From Camelus ferus (lineage: Eukaryota): 64,000 bases of DNA. The notes below the pieces were generated by a model. It ran no database searches. It was not told where the DNA came from and worked only from the letters and a program-made list of their open reading frames with translations. Where the stretch lies: positions 7,256,001 to 7,320,000 of the forward strand of contig NC_045698.1 of assembly GCF_009834535.1 (NCBI RefSeq), written 5' to 3'. A program made the position numbers and the translations under genes. Shown here piece by piece: positions 25,770 through 38,080 of the stretch (position 1 is its first letter; the number at the start of each line of letters is the position of its first letter).

Positions 25770-27060
25770 TGCCCGCGTGCGGAACAAAAATGCACATTCC
25801 TCGACACGCGGCCACGGAATGTCGGGGCGGGGGGAGGTGGGTGCAGAACTCGTATTTTCACAGGCGCCCAGGTAATTCTTCGGCCCTGAGACCCGCCTTT
25901 GCAGTGCACCGCAGCCCGGCCGGCGCTGGGCTCGCCGCCCCGCCGTCAGGCGCTCGCTCACGCTGCTCGCCTCCCTCGGCTCTGAGCCTTCTTTGTGGCC
26001 TCCCTCGGTGTCACCAGAGTTCAGCTCCTACTAAGGTTTCAGCCTCGCTGCCTCGTGCAGCCCTCGGGACAAGGTCCAGGTGGCCCGACGTCCATAGGGG
26101 TACCCACCCGGGTTCCAGGAAAGACCCACACCGCCCCCCGCAGCCGCCGACTCCCGAGCGTGCGCGCCGCGGCCACTGCCGGAAGTGACGGCACCTGTCG
26201 TTGGGTCGCTCCACCCCTTCCGCCTCCGCGCCCCGCCCAGGCCTCTCCCCACCGCTCTCCCCGCCCCTCCCCCCCGCCCGCTTTCAGTCAGCCTCTCTCC
26301 CTCTCCCTCTCCCCTTCTCTCCTTCCTGTCGCTTCCTCTCTCGCACCTGAGCTCACGCACCTGCCTGGGCCCAGCTCCGCTCCCTCCTCCCTCCTCCCCT
26401 TCCCTCCCTCCCTCCCCGCCCCGGCCGGAAGGCTCCGGCTTTGGCCGCGGAAGCCTCGCGGCTGCGTCACCGCCGCCCCCCCAGACAAGATGGACACCGC
26501 CGAGGAAGGTAAGTCGGCGGCGCCCGCGCCCTTGCTCCGGCGCCGGGGTTCGGGCCGGGCCCGCGCCGGGTCCGCGGCGCTCGAGGCGGGCGGCGGAGCC
26601 GGGGTGGTGCGGCGGGGGCGCCCCTGCTCGGTGCGGGGGCGCGCGGTGACAGCGGCGGGACTCGGCGGGGGGGGGGGATCGCGGCGGGGTCGGCTCCCGG
26701 GCCGTTTGCCCGCCAAGCCGCCGGCGCGAGGGGCGGCGGGGAGCAGAAGGTGACCCCTCGGCACCCCGCGCCGTTTCCCGCCCGCGCACGCGTTGGGCAG
26801 GGGGCGCAGGGGCTGCGGTGGCCGCGGCCGGCGGGGCTCCCCGCCCCCTCCATCCCGCCAATCCCGGGGAGGGGGACGGTGCCGTCGTAGCTGCACGAAG
26901 TCTGGGGGCGTTTTCCCCACCCTTCCCCCACTAGGTTTTGTCTTTCTTTATGTCGTTTTGCCCATCGCTACCCAGGCCCTACGATTTCACGACAAAACTT
27001 CTTTGTTGACTCTGAAACTTCGCGAAAAATACCCCGCCAGGTGACGACCGAGTGGAGTGA
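25770..27060 (+). promoter_or_regulatory. MARCHF6: MARCHF6 CpG-island promoter and 5'UTR
   Basis: Very GC- and CpG-rich; ETS-CRE-like CCGGAAGTGACG at 26179-26190, GC box GCCCCGCCC at 26230-26238, pyrimidine-rich leader with no upstream ATG seen. Confidence 0.93.
26490..26508 (+). CDS. MARCHF6: MARCHF6 coding exon 1 (MDTAEE + G, phase 1 end)
   Basis: AAGATGG start in good Kozak context inside a CpG island, followed by donor AAG|GTAAGT; peptide matches the recalled MARCHF6 N-terminus. Confidence 0.97.
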
Positions 27061-28369
27061 ACTGACCCCTGTTTAAAAACTTACCCTCTGCTTGCGTGCC
27101 CCAAAATAATTTATTTACTGAACGAGGAAGAGGAAGATCCAACGAGGTTATTCGAAGAAGGGAGGCCCTTTAGAATTCTTTTGTTTTGCTCTAGTGGTTT
27201 ATTTTGTGCTTAATCCCTGACAATAAGAAGCAGAGTTTTGCGTGTTTGTTTTGTTCTTTGAGTGCGTATGTTTTGGATATGGCTGTTTTGAAACAAGCTC
27301 TTGTAAACTGAATATATACTTTAATACATAACTGAACATCTATGACTATTGAAATGCATTTGCTTATCCAGTGGAGGTAGTTGGGTTGTTTTTAAGCAGT
27401 TTTATCTTTTTAGAGACTGTCGATTAATTTAGTAAGTCTGTAGAGGAAATTACTATTCTGTTTCTTGATGTGTTTGGTTATCAGTGAAGATACGTTTATG
27501 CTTTGGGTATATTATGTGGGGATATGATAAGCGTCTTTCAGCCTTATGCATTGTGATTGTGGTGATTTTTAGATGAAGACAATTGGGGACTGTCGTGGCA
27601 TGTAATAACGAGTGATAAAAAAAATTTGATGTGTATATATATAATGAGTGGAAAGAATCAATTATGTTTTTTAAAGAAGTTTTGCCTTCTATAATAACCA
27701 GCTGTAATGTCATTTGCATGTTATACTTGACAGTTCACAAAGCATATTTACATGTCTTCACGTTGACCTTACTAAAAGCCCTATGGAATAGGTGGGTATT
27801 ATTTTACAGATGTGGAAGTTCAGGCTTAGTTATTTTAATGGCTTGTCCAAGTTTCACACCCGAGTAAAAGACAGATTTGAACCTGGGTATTCTGATAACA
27901 AATAGTTTTCCTTTCATTATGTCTCAGTTGTTTTTATTATATACAGTGAGTGAAGATAATCGCCAACAGACACTCCTTTGGAAAAAATAATAAAGTGAAG
28001 CTGCTGAGGTGGTTAGGAATTACTTTCTTTTGACAGATGGCCCTAGTGTGTAAATTTCCATCTACGTGGATGGATTCAGATTTTAATGACTTACTGTAGT
28101 AAGGCATGCATTCATTTATTTATCACTTGATATGTACTGTTATGTTTTATTAAATTCCTGTTATTTGAGCCTGGGCACTTAGTGCTTGCATACATTTATG
28201 GTGTGATAGTGGTAATTCAGAAATTGCAGGATCTCAAAGTTTATGTGGAATCATTAAAGGAGTATTTTCAGTGTGCTTCTAGTTCACTTTTTTCCTTGTA
28301 AAATTATAATCAGTGTGAGATATAAATGATATTTCTTTGTTGACTTGAACACTATTCTTTATTGAAGTA

Positions 28370-28580
28370 ACTGACATTTACTGAGGACTTGATGTATGGC
28401 AAGTACTTTACCAAACACTTCATTCACATCTCATTTAATTCTCCTAACACTTTTAGGTGGGCAGTATTCCTTTTTTACAGATGAGGAAACTGAGGGTTAA
28501 TATGATTAAGTAACTTACCCAAGGTCATACAGGTAACATGTCAGAGGCAAGATTCAAACTCAGGTCTGTCAGACTTCCTT
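28370..28580 (-). mobile_element. MIR SINE
   Basis: Core TTTTACAGATGAGGAAACTGAGG..AAGTAACTTACCCAAGGTCA. Further MIR remnants near 23550-23700, 27750-27900, 45130-45250 and 52860-52950. Confidence 0.85.
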
Positions 28581-29277
28581 AGTTAAATTAGATTTTTATA
28601 AGTAGATACCTGTGTCCAATATTGAGATAACTATATTTTTCTCACTCATTTTATAAGATGAATCATTTATATAATTCGACAAAACTTTATTTTTCATTTG
28701 TTTTATGACACTATTAGTCATGAAATGAAAGTGGATTTTAATACTTCTCATGCATAATTTTGCATAATTCCAACTTGGAAGTCTCCTGAAATTTTCACAA
28801 TTAATGTAAATTTAGCTTGAAAAAATGCTGGAAGGAAAGGGAGGATTAAAGATTTAATGATAAAAATGATACAGTGAAAATACCAAAAAACTTGGAAACA
28901 ACTTCTGTTTGTTAAATGAGCTATTCCAGATAATATCTTAAATTAAAAAAAATGCAATTGGGTTTTTACCTGGTTATGAAAGAAACATTTAAAAATTTTT
29001 TTTAAAGTGTTACTAAAATATCAACCTGCAAATAGTGTTAACATTTCCATCTCCTTAAAAATAGCATGTTTCTTTCCTCTAATGTTACCATATATGATGG
29101 TATAGTGCTTAGAATGTTTCACATTTATAGTAGACAATACTGATTTGTTAGAAAATGGTTACTTGCCAGATGAATTTTGACTTTTCATGTTGTGTTTGCT
29201 AGATATTAAAGATCTCTAAAGTGTTCGGTGTATTAAATTTTATTTTTGTAAAGTTACCAGATAATCTGTCCTCAGTA

Positions 29278-31197
29278 CAGGCATAGGTTGTTTTATTGTG
29301 CTTCACTTTTTGAGCTTTGCTGGTATTGATTGTTTACAAATTGAGTTTGTGGCAACCTTGTATCAAGCAAGTCTGTAGGTGGCATTTTTCCAAAAGCATT
29401 TGCTCACTTCTTGTCTCAGTGTCCCATTTTGGTAATTCTCTCGATATTTCAAGCTTTTTCATTATTATTATATTTGTTATGATAATCTGTGATGTTACTA
29501 TTGTAATTGTTTTGGGGCACCTGAACTTTGCCCACAAAGACAGAAGACTTGACAGATAAATGTGTGTATTCTGACTCCTCCACCAATCCCTGTTCCCATC
29601 TTTTTCTCTTTCCTTGGCCAGCCCCCTCCCCCTCAGGCCTTGAAACACAACAATATTGAAATTAGGCCATTTAATAACTCTACAATGGTCTCTTGAGTGT
29701 TCAAGTGAAAGGAGGAGTCATGTGTCTCTCACTTTTAATCAAAAACTAGAAATTAAGCTTAGTGAGGAATGCACGTAGAAATTCGAGATAGGCTGAAAGC
29801 TAGGCCTCTTGCGCCAGTTAGCCAGGTTGTGGATGCAAAGGAAAAGTTTCTGAATAAAATGGAAGTGCTATTTCAGTGAACCCACGATGATAAGAAAGAG
29901 AAACAGCCTTGGTGCTGATGGGGAGAAAGTTTTAGTAGTCTAGAGAGACACTCATACCAGCCACAACACTCCCTAAAGCCAAAGCCTAATCCAGAGCTGG
30001 GGTCTAATTCTTCAATTCTGTGAAGGCTGAGAAAATTGAGGAAGCTGCGGAAGAGTTTGAAGCTAGCAGAGGTTGGTTCATGAGGTTTAAGGAAAGGAGT
30101 TGTCTCCATAATACCAGAGTACAAAGTGAAGCAGCAAGTACTGATGTGGAAGTTGAATCAAGTTATCCAGAAGATCTAGCTAAGATAATTAATGAAGGTG
30201 GCTACACTGAACAACAGATTTTCAGTGTGGATGGATGGAACAGCCTTGTATGGGAGGAAGATACCATCTAGGACTTCCATAGCTAGAGAGGAGAAGTCAG
30301 TGCCTGGCTTCAAAGCTTCAAAGGACAGGCTGACTCTTGTTGGGGCTAATGTAGGTGGTGACTTGAAATTGAAATCACTGGTCATTTACCATTCTGAAAA
30401 TCCTAGGGCTCTTAAGAATTATCCTAATTAATTATGCCTGTGTTCTATATATGGAACAACAAAGCCTAGATGACAGCATGGTTTGTTGAATATTTTAAGC
30501 CCATTGCTGAGGCCTACAGCTCAGAAGAAAACATTCCTTTCAAAATATTACTGCTTATTGACAATGTCCCTGGTCACCCAACAGCTCTGATGGAGGTGGT
30601 ACGAGATAAATGTTGTTTTCATGCCTGCTAACACAACATACATTCTGTAGCCCATGGATCAAGAAGTAATTTTGATTTTCAAGTCTTACTATTTAAGAAA
30701 TACATTCCATAAGACTATATAGCTGCCATAGATAATAATTCCTCTGAGAGATCTAGACAAAGTAAATTGAAAACATTCTAGAAAGGATTCACCATTCTAG
30801 ATGCCATTAAGAACATTTGTGATTCATGGAAAGAGGTAAAAATATCAACATTAACGGGAGTTTGGGAGAAGTTGATTCCAACCCTCCTGGATGACTTTGA
30901 GGAATTCAAGACTTCAGTGGAGGAAGCAACTGCAGATGTGGTGCAAATAGCAAGAAAACTAGAATTAGTAGTGGAGCCTGAAGATAAGACTGAATTCTGT
31001 AATCTCACTATAAAACTGTAACAGATGGGGTAATGGGTGAACAAAGAAAGTGGTTTTTTGAGACCGAATCTACTCCTGGTGAAGATTCTATGAAGGATGT
31101 TGAAATGACAACGAAGCATTTAGAATATTATGTAAATTTAGTTGATAAAGCAGAGTTTGAGAGGATTAACTCCAATTTTGAAAGAAGTTCTGTTATG
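29278..31197 (+). mobile_element. Tigger1 DNA transposon, 3'-truncated, decayed transposase
   Basis: TA|CAGGCATA..GTTTTATTG terminus; ORF fragments [15 protein letters not shown] and [26 protein letters not shown] typical of pogo/Tigger transposase. Confidence 0.92.
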
Positions 31198-32249
31198 TAA
31201 TTCCTTACCAAATCTTTAAACTTTAGAGCCTGAGGAGATCTTGGATATGCAGGTTCCTCATCCGATCCTGCAGTGCACTGAAATTTTTCAGTTAAAAAAA
31301 AATCTGTCCTTTGTTCAGGGATATACATTTTTTTTTAAAAAAACTAAAAGCACTGCACTGTTGGAATAGATGTTGCAAGCAAGTTTTGTTGTATGAAGCC
31401 CCCATTAAGATATTAAACATTTTGCCGGAGTAGAGTGCTCTAATTTCAACCTAGTGATACATAGAGCTTTTTTCTCTTCCATTTTTCTAAATTACTGCTC
31501 ACACTAGCAGAACATAATATAACATTTTATCAGCATTTTTTTATGGACTGCAAAAGTAGTTGTTCTTTATGCTTTATGAATCATAGTCATTGGGAAGGGA
31601 TGAAGCCGAAGTGTATTGCAGTTGATCATGTTCTGTATCTACTATGGCAAAACCTTGAGGTGATTTAGATTTGGAGTTAAAAGGATGGGAAGTTGCAGAA
31701 CAAGGCAGCTAGCTCCTATCTTTCTAGAACCACATTGTCTTTCATTTCTGCTTCCAGTAATGTCTGCTTCATTCTTCTTACCATATATCAACCTTCACTG
31801 CTTTGGCATGCTTATGGCCAAGTGTGCATGCACTTATTTGACACGTGTTTATTGAGCACCTGTTATGAGCCAGGCACTATTTTATACACTTAGACTAGGC
31901 TGGTAACAAAATAGACAAAATCCCTTCTTTCATTAGCCTACATTCTTATTTTTGGCTTGGTAGAGGAGGAAGGGAAGACAGAAAATAAACGTAATAAATT
32001 ATATGGCATGACTAGACGGTTATCAGTGTGTGGAGAACAGTCAGTGGGGAGGGAAGAAGGAGATGGGTAAGAGACGGATGGGATGAAGGAGGATTACAGG
32101 GAGGCATGAGTTAATTTTGGTGGTGATGGAAATGTTCATTATTTTGATTGTGGTGACGGTTTTACCAATGTCAAGCTTATTAAGTGCTAATCCTTTTAAG
32201 TAAGTGTTTTATTTTATGTCAGTTATTCCTCAGTAAAGCTGTTTTTTAA

Positions 32250-32710
32250 AAGTCCACTATCTTTTACTCTTGCACGGTTTTGTAACATAATATATTGATC
32301 ATTTGGTAGCTATTGGATCAAGTTATCCAGATCTTCCAAACATTGACACGTTTTCCTGGGTGACATAAAAGCTCACGTTCATTAACATCACCACTTGTTT
32401 CAAAAAGGCTTTAGGTATTGGGGCAGCTCTCATGTGTATTGTGGATACAATTTTCCTAAAATCCTAATTTTTGCTTGAAGTTTTTATTTTTATCATTGGT
32501 AGCAAATAGTGTCAGTTGTTTTCCTTGGTTCTCAGGCTTACTTCATTCTTTCATGACAAAATGTCTGCCAAGTACCCAAATCTGTCTAAATAACTGCTGT
32601 TTGTCAGTTTTTTTTTCCATAGTAAAAATGGTGGCTCATAGGGGAAAAAAGCATGTTGTTCAGCTAATAACTCCAAAGAATAATACGAGTCCTTTTTCTT
32701 GAGACAGCTA
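32250..32710. mobile_element. hAT-Charlie1-like fragment
   Basis: GTGGATACAATTTTCCTAAAATCCTAATTTT..TGTCAGTTGTTTTCCTTG..AATGTCTGCCAAGTACCC resembles recalled Charlie1. Confidence 0.65.
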
Positions 32711-34068
32711 TTGCTGTTGAGCCTGAGTCCAGGAGTGAGCCCACACTCCCTGTATTTTTCAGTTCTAAAATTTCCACTTGGTTCTTCAGATCTTTTTTTC
32801 CTTTGCACTCTGCATCCAGTGAGGAGGCAGAAAACACACAGGAATTTAACTGGAGGAAGAATTACTAAGCTATGATAAGAGAATAATTATAAAGATGTAA
32901 AGACTACTGTCAAGGGTACCCTGGGCATGAAGGAAAGTATCCAGGTAGGGACAAACTTGGAAGGGCTGGGGCCCTCCTGCAGCTGTGGTTCAGACCTCAT
33001 TGGAGAGGCATGGAATTGTCCAAGCCAGAGGTGGTCCACAGTTTGTGGGTGAGCAGGAGACAGCCCTCCAGTGTGTGTGCGCAAGAGAGCCAGGGTTGGT
33101 GGTGGCCCTACAGAGAGAGTTGGAGTGCCACTGTGGGTGCAGGGCCTGAAGTTTGTTGGGGTCTTATCTGTAGGGCTGTGGGTGACAGCAGCAGGAGCAG
33201 GAAAGCTCCAGTCCTCCTGCGTTGTCCCTCCAGCACCCTCTACTGACAAATGTGTTTTTAAAAACTGTTTAAGAGTTTAGTCTTTTATCACTGATCAGGT
33301 GATGCTGAGGGATACATTTGGAGCTGAGAGGAAACGCACTGATACTTGGCACACTCCTGCTGAAACTTGGAGCTGCTGCCCCTGCTGCTGAACCTGCATT
33401 TGCCCACGGCTGCTGGCAGGATCCCTGCTGTGAACTCTGTAACCACTGCAGGGGCCTGGGGTACCTGCAGCTAGCTGCCGCTGCTGTTTTTAGAGCCAGA
33501 AGTAGAAAATGGCTTTACGTGTTCCCTCCATCTTCTAATTCCACAGAAATGCTTCTCTTTGACAGAATGTAACTCAAGCCCAGTGAGGAAGGAACTTGTA
33601 GTTTTCAGGCTTCCAGAAGCAACAGTACAGATGAATGTTGGTTTTGTAATGGTCAGTAATCCTGGGAGAGAAGAAATAACTAACATTTGGGATACATGGA
33701 GAATTGGAACTTTAAATCTATTTTGCAAGGCCAAATTACCAAATCCACATTTAAAAAAAAAACAGGTATACTTTTACAGTCAAAAAGGAAGTGTTTTCCA
33801 CAAAATTTTAGCAGTTAAAATTTTTTTATCTGGTAGTTGTAAAAGTAGTAGAAACACTAGGAACTTTGGAAAAAGAGTGGAAGAAAATCACCCATATTCT
33901 CATCTAACCAATTACAACAGCTATCATTTTTTGTGCTTTTGCTTTTAGGCTATTTTGGGGTTTTTACTGAAATAGTTGGAAGTACAGTGCGTGTTCATTT
34001 TTTATTTCTGCTTTGTTTACTTAACATTATGCATTTTTCCATATTGCCATATAGGTGTTATATTTGCT

Positions 34069-34198
34069 TTTTTGTTTGTTTGGAGGGGGGAGGTAATTAG
34101 ATTTATTTATTTATTTTTAGAGGAGGTGCTAAGGATTGAACCTAGGACCTCATGCATGCTAAGCATGTGCTCTACCACTTGAGCTATACTTTCCCCCC
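34069..34198 (-). mobile_element. tRNA-derived SINE (Vic-1-like)
   Basis: Same family sequence; TSD ATATTTGCT at 34060-34068 and 34199-34207. Confidence 0.88.
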
Positions 34199-35645
34199 AT
34201 ATTTGCTATTTTTAAGGGACTATATAAATTCCATGTGGTGAATGTACCACAGTTTATGTAGCCACTTTCCTGGTTTTGGCTAGGCAGGTTATCCACTGAT
34301 ATTTTGAGTAGTACTTTTCAATAATACATTTTTTTAATATTTGCCTTCTGTAATCATAGCTACTAATTATAAAATTTTTGTTGATAATCAGATATTAAAA
34401 ATCCCTTGTTACTTCAACCAGGTGAATCGAAGTCAACATTAACAGTCAAATCATGTTGGTAGTATGTACCGTTGATAGTATGTGATGAAATGGCACTTAC
34501 CTAGTTGATTTTCATCCCTAAAACCCATAGCCCCACTCTAATCATGAGCAAAACCATCAAATTTTGGTAGAACGGCATCCTGCAATACTACTTGAAATGA
34601 TCAAAGTCATCAAAAACCAGGAAAGTCTGAGAAACTGCCAGAGCCAAGAGGAGCCTAAGGAGACATGACAACTAAATGTAATGTGGATTCTGAAACAGAA
34701 GAATGACACTAGATAAAGGTCAAGGAAATCTGAATAAACTGTTGGCTTTGGTTACTGATAATGTGTCAGTATGGGTTCATTAAGTATAACCCAAGTACCA
34801 GCTCATGTAAGATGGTACTTGTGGACCTGGGAGCACCGTACTGTCTTCTCACACTTTGCATAAATGTAATCTGCTCTAAAAAATAAAACGCATTAAACCC
34901 TTTGCTTGTTAAATTATCACTGGTTTATCACGAGAGGGAAAATGGAAACATTTTGAAATCTTATGTGAAAGAACTTTCAAGATAGACATTGGCTTAAGCA
35001 TTAGGATGTACCCAAAGCTTTTAGAGTTATTTTTCATTTTTTCTCATATTAGATACTTAGAATATATTTGGTGAACTGTATTGTTTTCCTAAAAAACCTG
35101 ATGGGATGGGCTAGCCCTAAAGGGGTGCTGATTTCCACAGCTGGCACCAGCTTGATAACCCCTCACACTGGTGGGTTTTTCCCCCTCTCTCTCACCTTCT
35201 GGACTGTCTCCTTACTCACTCACTAAGATTTTTCATTCAAAAAACTTCACTGAGCTAGGCACTGTGCTAGAAACTTTTAAAAGGTATGCTTTGTGAAGAT
35301 ACTAAGTAGTCACATAAAACAACAAAAGTTGCTGCAGGATTTAACAGAAGAAATTTGTCTTTGAAAACCAGGAAGAGCTTTGCCTTATTGTTCTAGGTAG
35401 GTTTGCGTTCATAACCAGCAAAGTGCATTGATTTTACTTTGGCCTGAGTAAGATTTGTAATTTTACTGCATGTGAATTTGGTGGGAGTCTTACTCCACCA
35501 CAGAACGTTTTTTCATTTTTAGTGCAGAGCCTGGGGCTGTGCCTTTTATAGCCTTCACTCTCCTTTTGTACCCCTAGCCTTGTTGTTCTGAGGTTTTCAG
35601 TGTTTGGATTTATCCTAGTAAACAAAACATTATTCTTTCTTTGAC

Positions 35646-36105
35646 GTTTTTGTTTTCTTTTTCCCATTGAGGCATTGTATTGGCATATATTTATACATCC
35701 CTAGAAAAAGAATTCCAGGATTTTCTCTCCTATATGTTTTTATCTTGTTTCTTCCTGGTCCTTGATGCCAGCTCAGGTTGTCAGTACAATGAAACCAAAC
35801 TAACAGAAGGGAAGCAGGTTACTTTGCCATTTTTCTAGATTTTTGAGTTGCCCTTCAAATCATGGTTTTTAACTTGCCTGTGAGGTTCATAATAATTTTC
35901 CCAGCTCTGTGATCATCCATGATTTGAAATTGACCAGTGTAACCATGCTTCATCATTACAGTTAGAAAGCAGATGATGACTTTGGAGCATGGCTTGGTAA
36001 GAACCTGGCATTTGCCTCTCTTTTCAGCATTGTTAATGCTCTTGAGAGCATCCGGCACATCATTCCATCAGTGTTAACAGTAGCATGGAAAGATGGTGGA
36101 AAGAG
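35646..36105 (-). pseudogene. RPS15A: RPS15A processed pseudogene (full-length retrocopy, disabled)
   Basis: ORF 35855..36058 reads [32 protein letters not shown]; stop at 35701-35703 after a KIL(E)FFF-like end; 5' TOP leader CTCTTTCCACCATCTTTCC; decayed A-tail; flanking repeat TTTCTTTGAC at 35636-35645 and 36107-36116; start region disrupted and an internal deletion. Confidence 0.95.
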
Positions 36106-36526
36106 TTTTCTTTGACTTTCTATGTTAGTGGTAGTTGTGCTTGGTTTTTTTTTTTAAATTGTTACTTGTTTTTTGTTGTTTTAAATCATTTTATTGAGGT
36201 ATGATTGGCATATAAAAAAGATATGTATGTATATATTATGTATACATCTTAATAAGTTTGGGGATAAGTGTACATTCATCAAACCAAGGCCATAGACATA
36301 TCCATCACCTCCTGAAGTTTCCTCCTGTCCCCTTTGTTACTTGTCTGTGTAGTAAGAACACTTAAAATTTTCTGAGAGTAGATCCTCTGTGAAGTGTATA
36401 ATACAAAGCATTGTTAGCTGTAGACATTATGCTGAATAATAGATCTCCAGAGCTTTCTTATCTTATGCGATGGGAACTTTCTAACCTTTGAACATCACCT
36501 CCCCTTTTCCTTTTCACCCCAGCTCC

Positions 36527-36530
<4 letters not shown>

Positions 36531-36563
<33 letters not shown>
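36531..36563. repeat. (GT)n microsatellite
   Basis: Seen directly. Confidence 0.97.
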
Positions 36564-36565
<2 letters not shown>

Positions 36566-37149
36566 GCTGCTGAGACCTAATGTATGTCTTAGTCTCAAAT
36601 GACCCCCAAACCTGAGCAGCTTAAAGCAACAAAAGGTTAGTTCCTCACTGACCTATCATGCCCAGTGTGGGTGGGGAGAGATGCTAACTCTGGTCACCTG
36701 GAGATTTAGATTGGAGACTATGTCTTGGCACGTGATTCCACAATCATTGAGGCAAGAACTTCCGGTGTGATGAATTGTGTTCATCAGTGCCCAGAACTTC
36801 TACCTAGAAATACACATCATTATAGCTCATATTTCATTGACCAAAGCAAGTCACATGTCCATGTATTATTTCAGAGGTGGCAGGAAAGTGCAGTCCTGCC
36901 ATATAACCAGAAAGTGGAAGTCAAAAATGTTTGATGACTAATGCTGCTGGTTTCTGCAGTCCCTAACAACATTAATTCCTGCCTGGTTGGATGAAGTAGG
37001 TGTGCTCATTGGGATGCATTTCAGTCTACAACTTCATTAGACCATATTTTAGAGAGGGAACAGTATTTTTTTTCCATATTACTACCTTTTGTCATTTGTT
37101 CTTTCTTCCCACATCTACTTAGACACTACTGTAGAAGGTCTTTCGATTT

Positions 37150-37351
37150 TTCAAAATTGAAGTATCATTATTTAATGTCTTTGAATTTTTGGCAAATGCA
37201 TACAGTCATTTAGCCACCATAATCAAAGGTGTAGAATAGTTCTTTCACTCCCCAAAGTATCTCCGTGCCCTTTTATGGTCAGCTCCACCCCCAGACCCTG
37301 GCAATCACTGAACTGTTTCTGTCTATAGTTTTACCTTTTCAAGAATGTTAA

Positions 37352-37382
<31 letters not shown>

Positions 37383-38080
37383 TTATTATTATTATTATTT
37401 TATTGAAGTATATTATAATGTGTCTGTCTCTGGTGTACAGCATAATATCTCAGTCATGCATATACATACATGTATTTTCAAGAATGTTATAAATGGAATT
37501 AAACAGTATGTAGCTTTTTGAGTCTCACTCCTTTCACTTAACATAATGCATTTGAGATTCATTCACATTGTTGCATGTATCAGCAATTTGTTCCTTTTTA
37601 TTGCTGAATAGTAGTCTATTGCAGGGATGTACCATAGTTTGTTTATAAATTTCCCAATTGTGAATGCTTTGGTCAATTGTTTCCAGTTTTGGGGAATTAT
37701 GAATAAAATCATTATATGTATTCACATAGGTTTTTGTGTGAACATAAGTTTTCATTTTACTAGCTTAAATGCCTAGAAATAGGATTGCTGAATGTGTGGT
37801 AAGGGGTTATGTGTTTTTCTTTTTGTTGTTTTAATAGTTATATAGTGGTATCTTACTGTGATTTAAACTTTTTTTAAATGTTTTTAATTAAAACATTGAT
37901 GGTAAAATTTACCAATGTAAGCATTTTTAAGTGTGTAATTCAGTGACATTAAATATAGGCACATAGCTGTGCAGCCATCAGCATTTTTAATTGTGATTTT
38001 AATTTGCATTTCCCTAATGATGTTAGCGTTGTTTTCATTTGTATACCTTCTTTGGTGAAGTGTATCTGTTCAGCTTTTGC
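37150..38080 (-). mobile_element. Old L1 3' region fragments
   Basis: Minus ORF MKTYVHTKT.. and typical L1M 3'UTR motifs. Confidence 0.75.
37351..37474 (-). mobile_element. Very short L1 3' tip with (TAA)n tail, inserted in an older antisense L1
   Basis: Reverse complement resembles 11920-12000; TSD TTTTCAAGAATGTTA at 37336-37350 and 37475-37489. Confidence 0.85.

Noticed and set aside
25431..27044. Long ORFs (up to 276 aa) over the MARCHF6 promoter, including an in-frame extension upstream of MDTAEE
   Set aside because: GC-rich artefacts; the 25995 ORF starts at GTG, likely upstream of the TSS, and reads through the exon 1 donor.
29873..31119. Domesticated TIGD-like transposase gene
   Set aside because: Broken into short ORFs by frameshifts and stops; an ordinary Tigger1 fossil.
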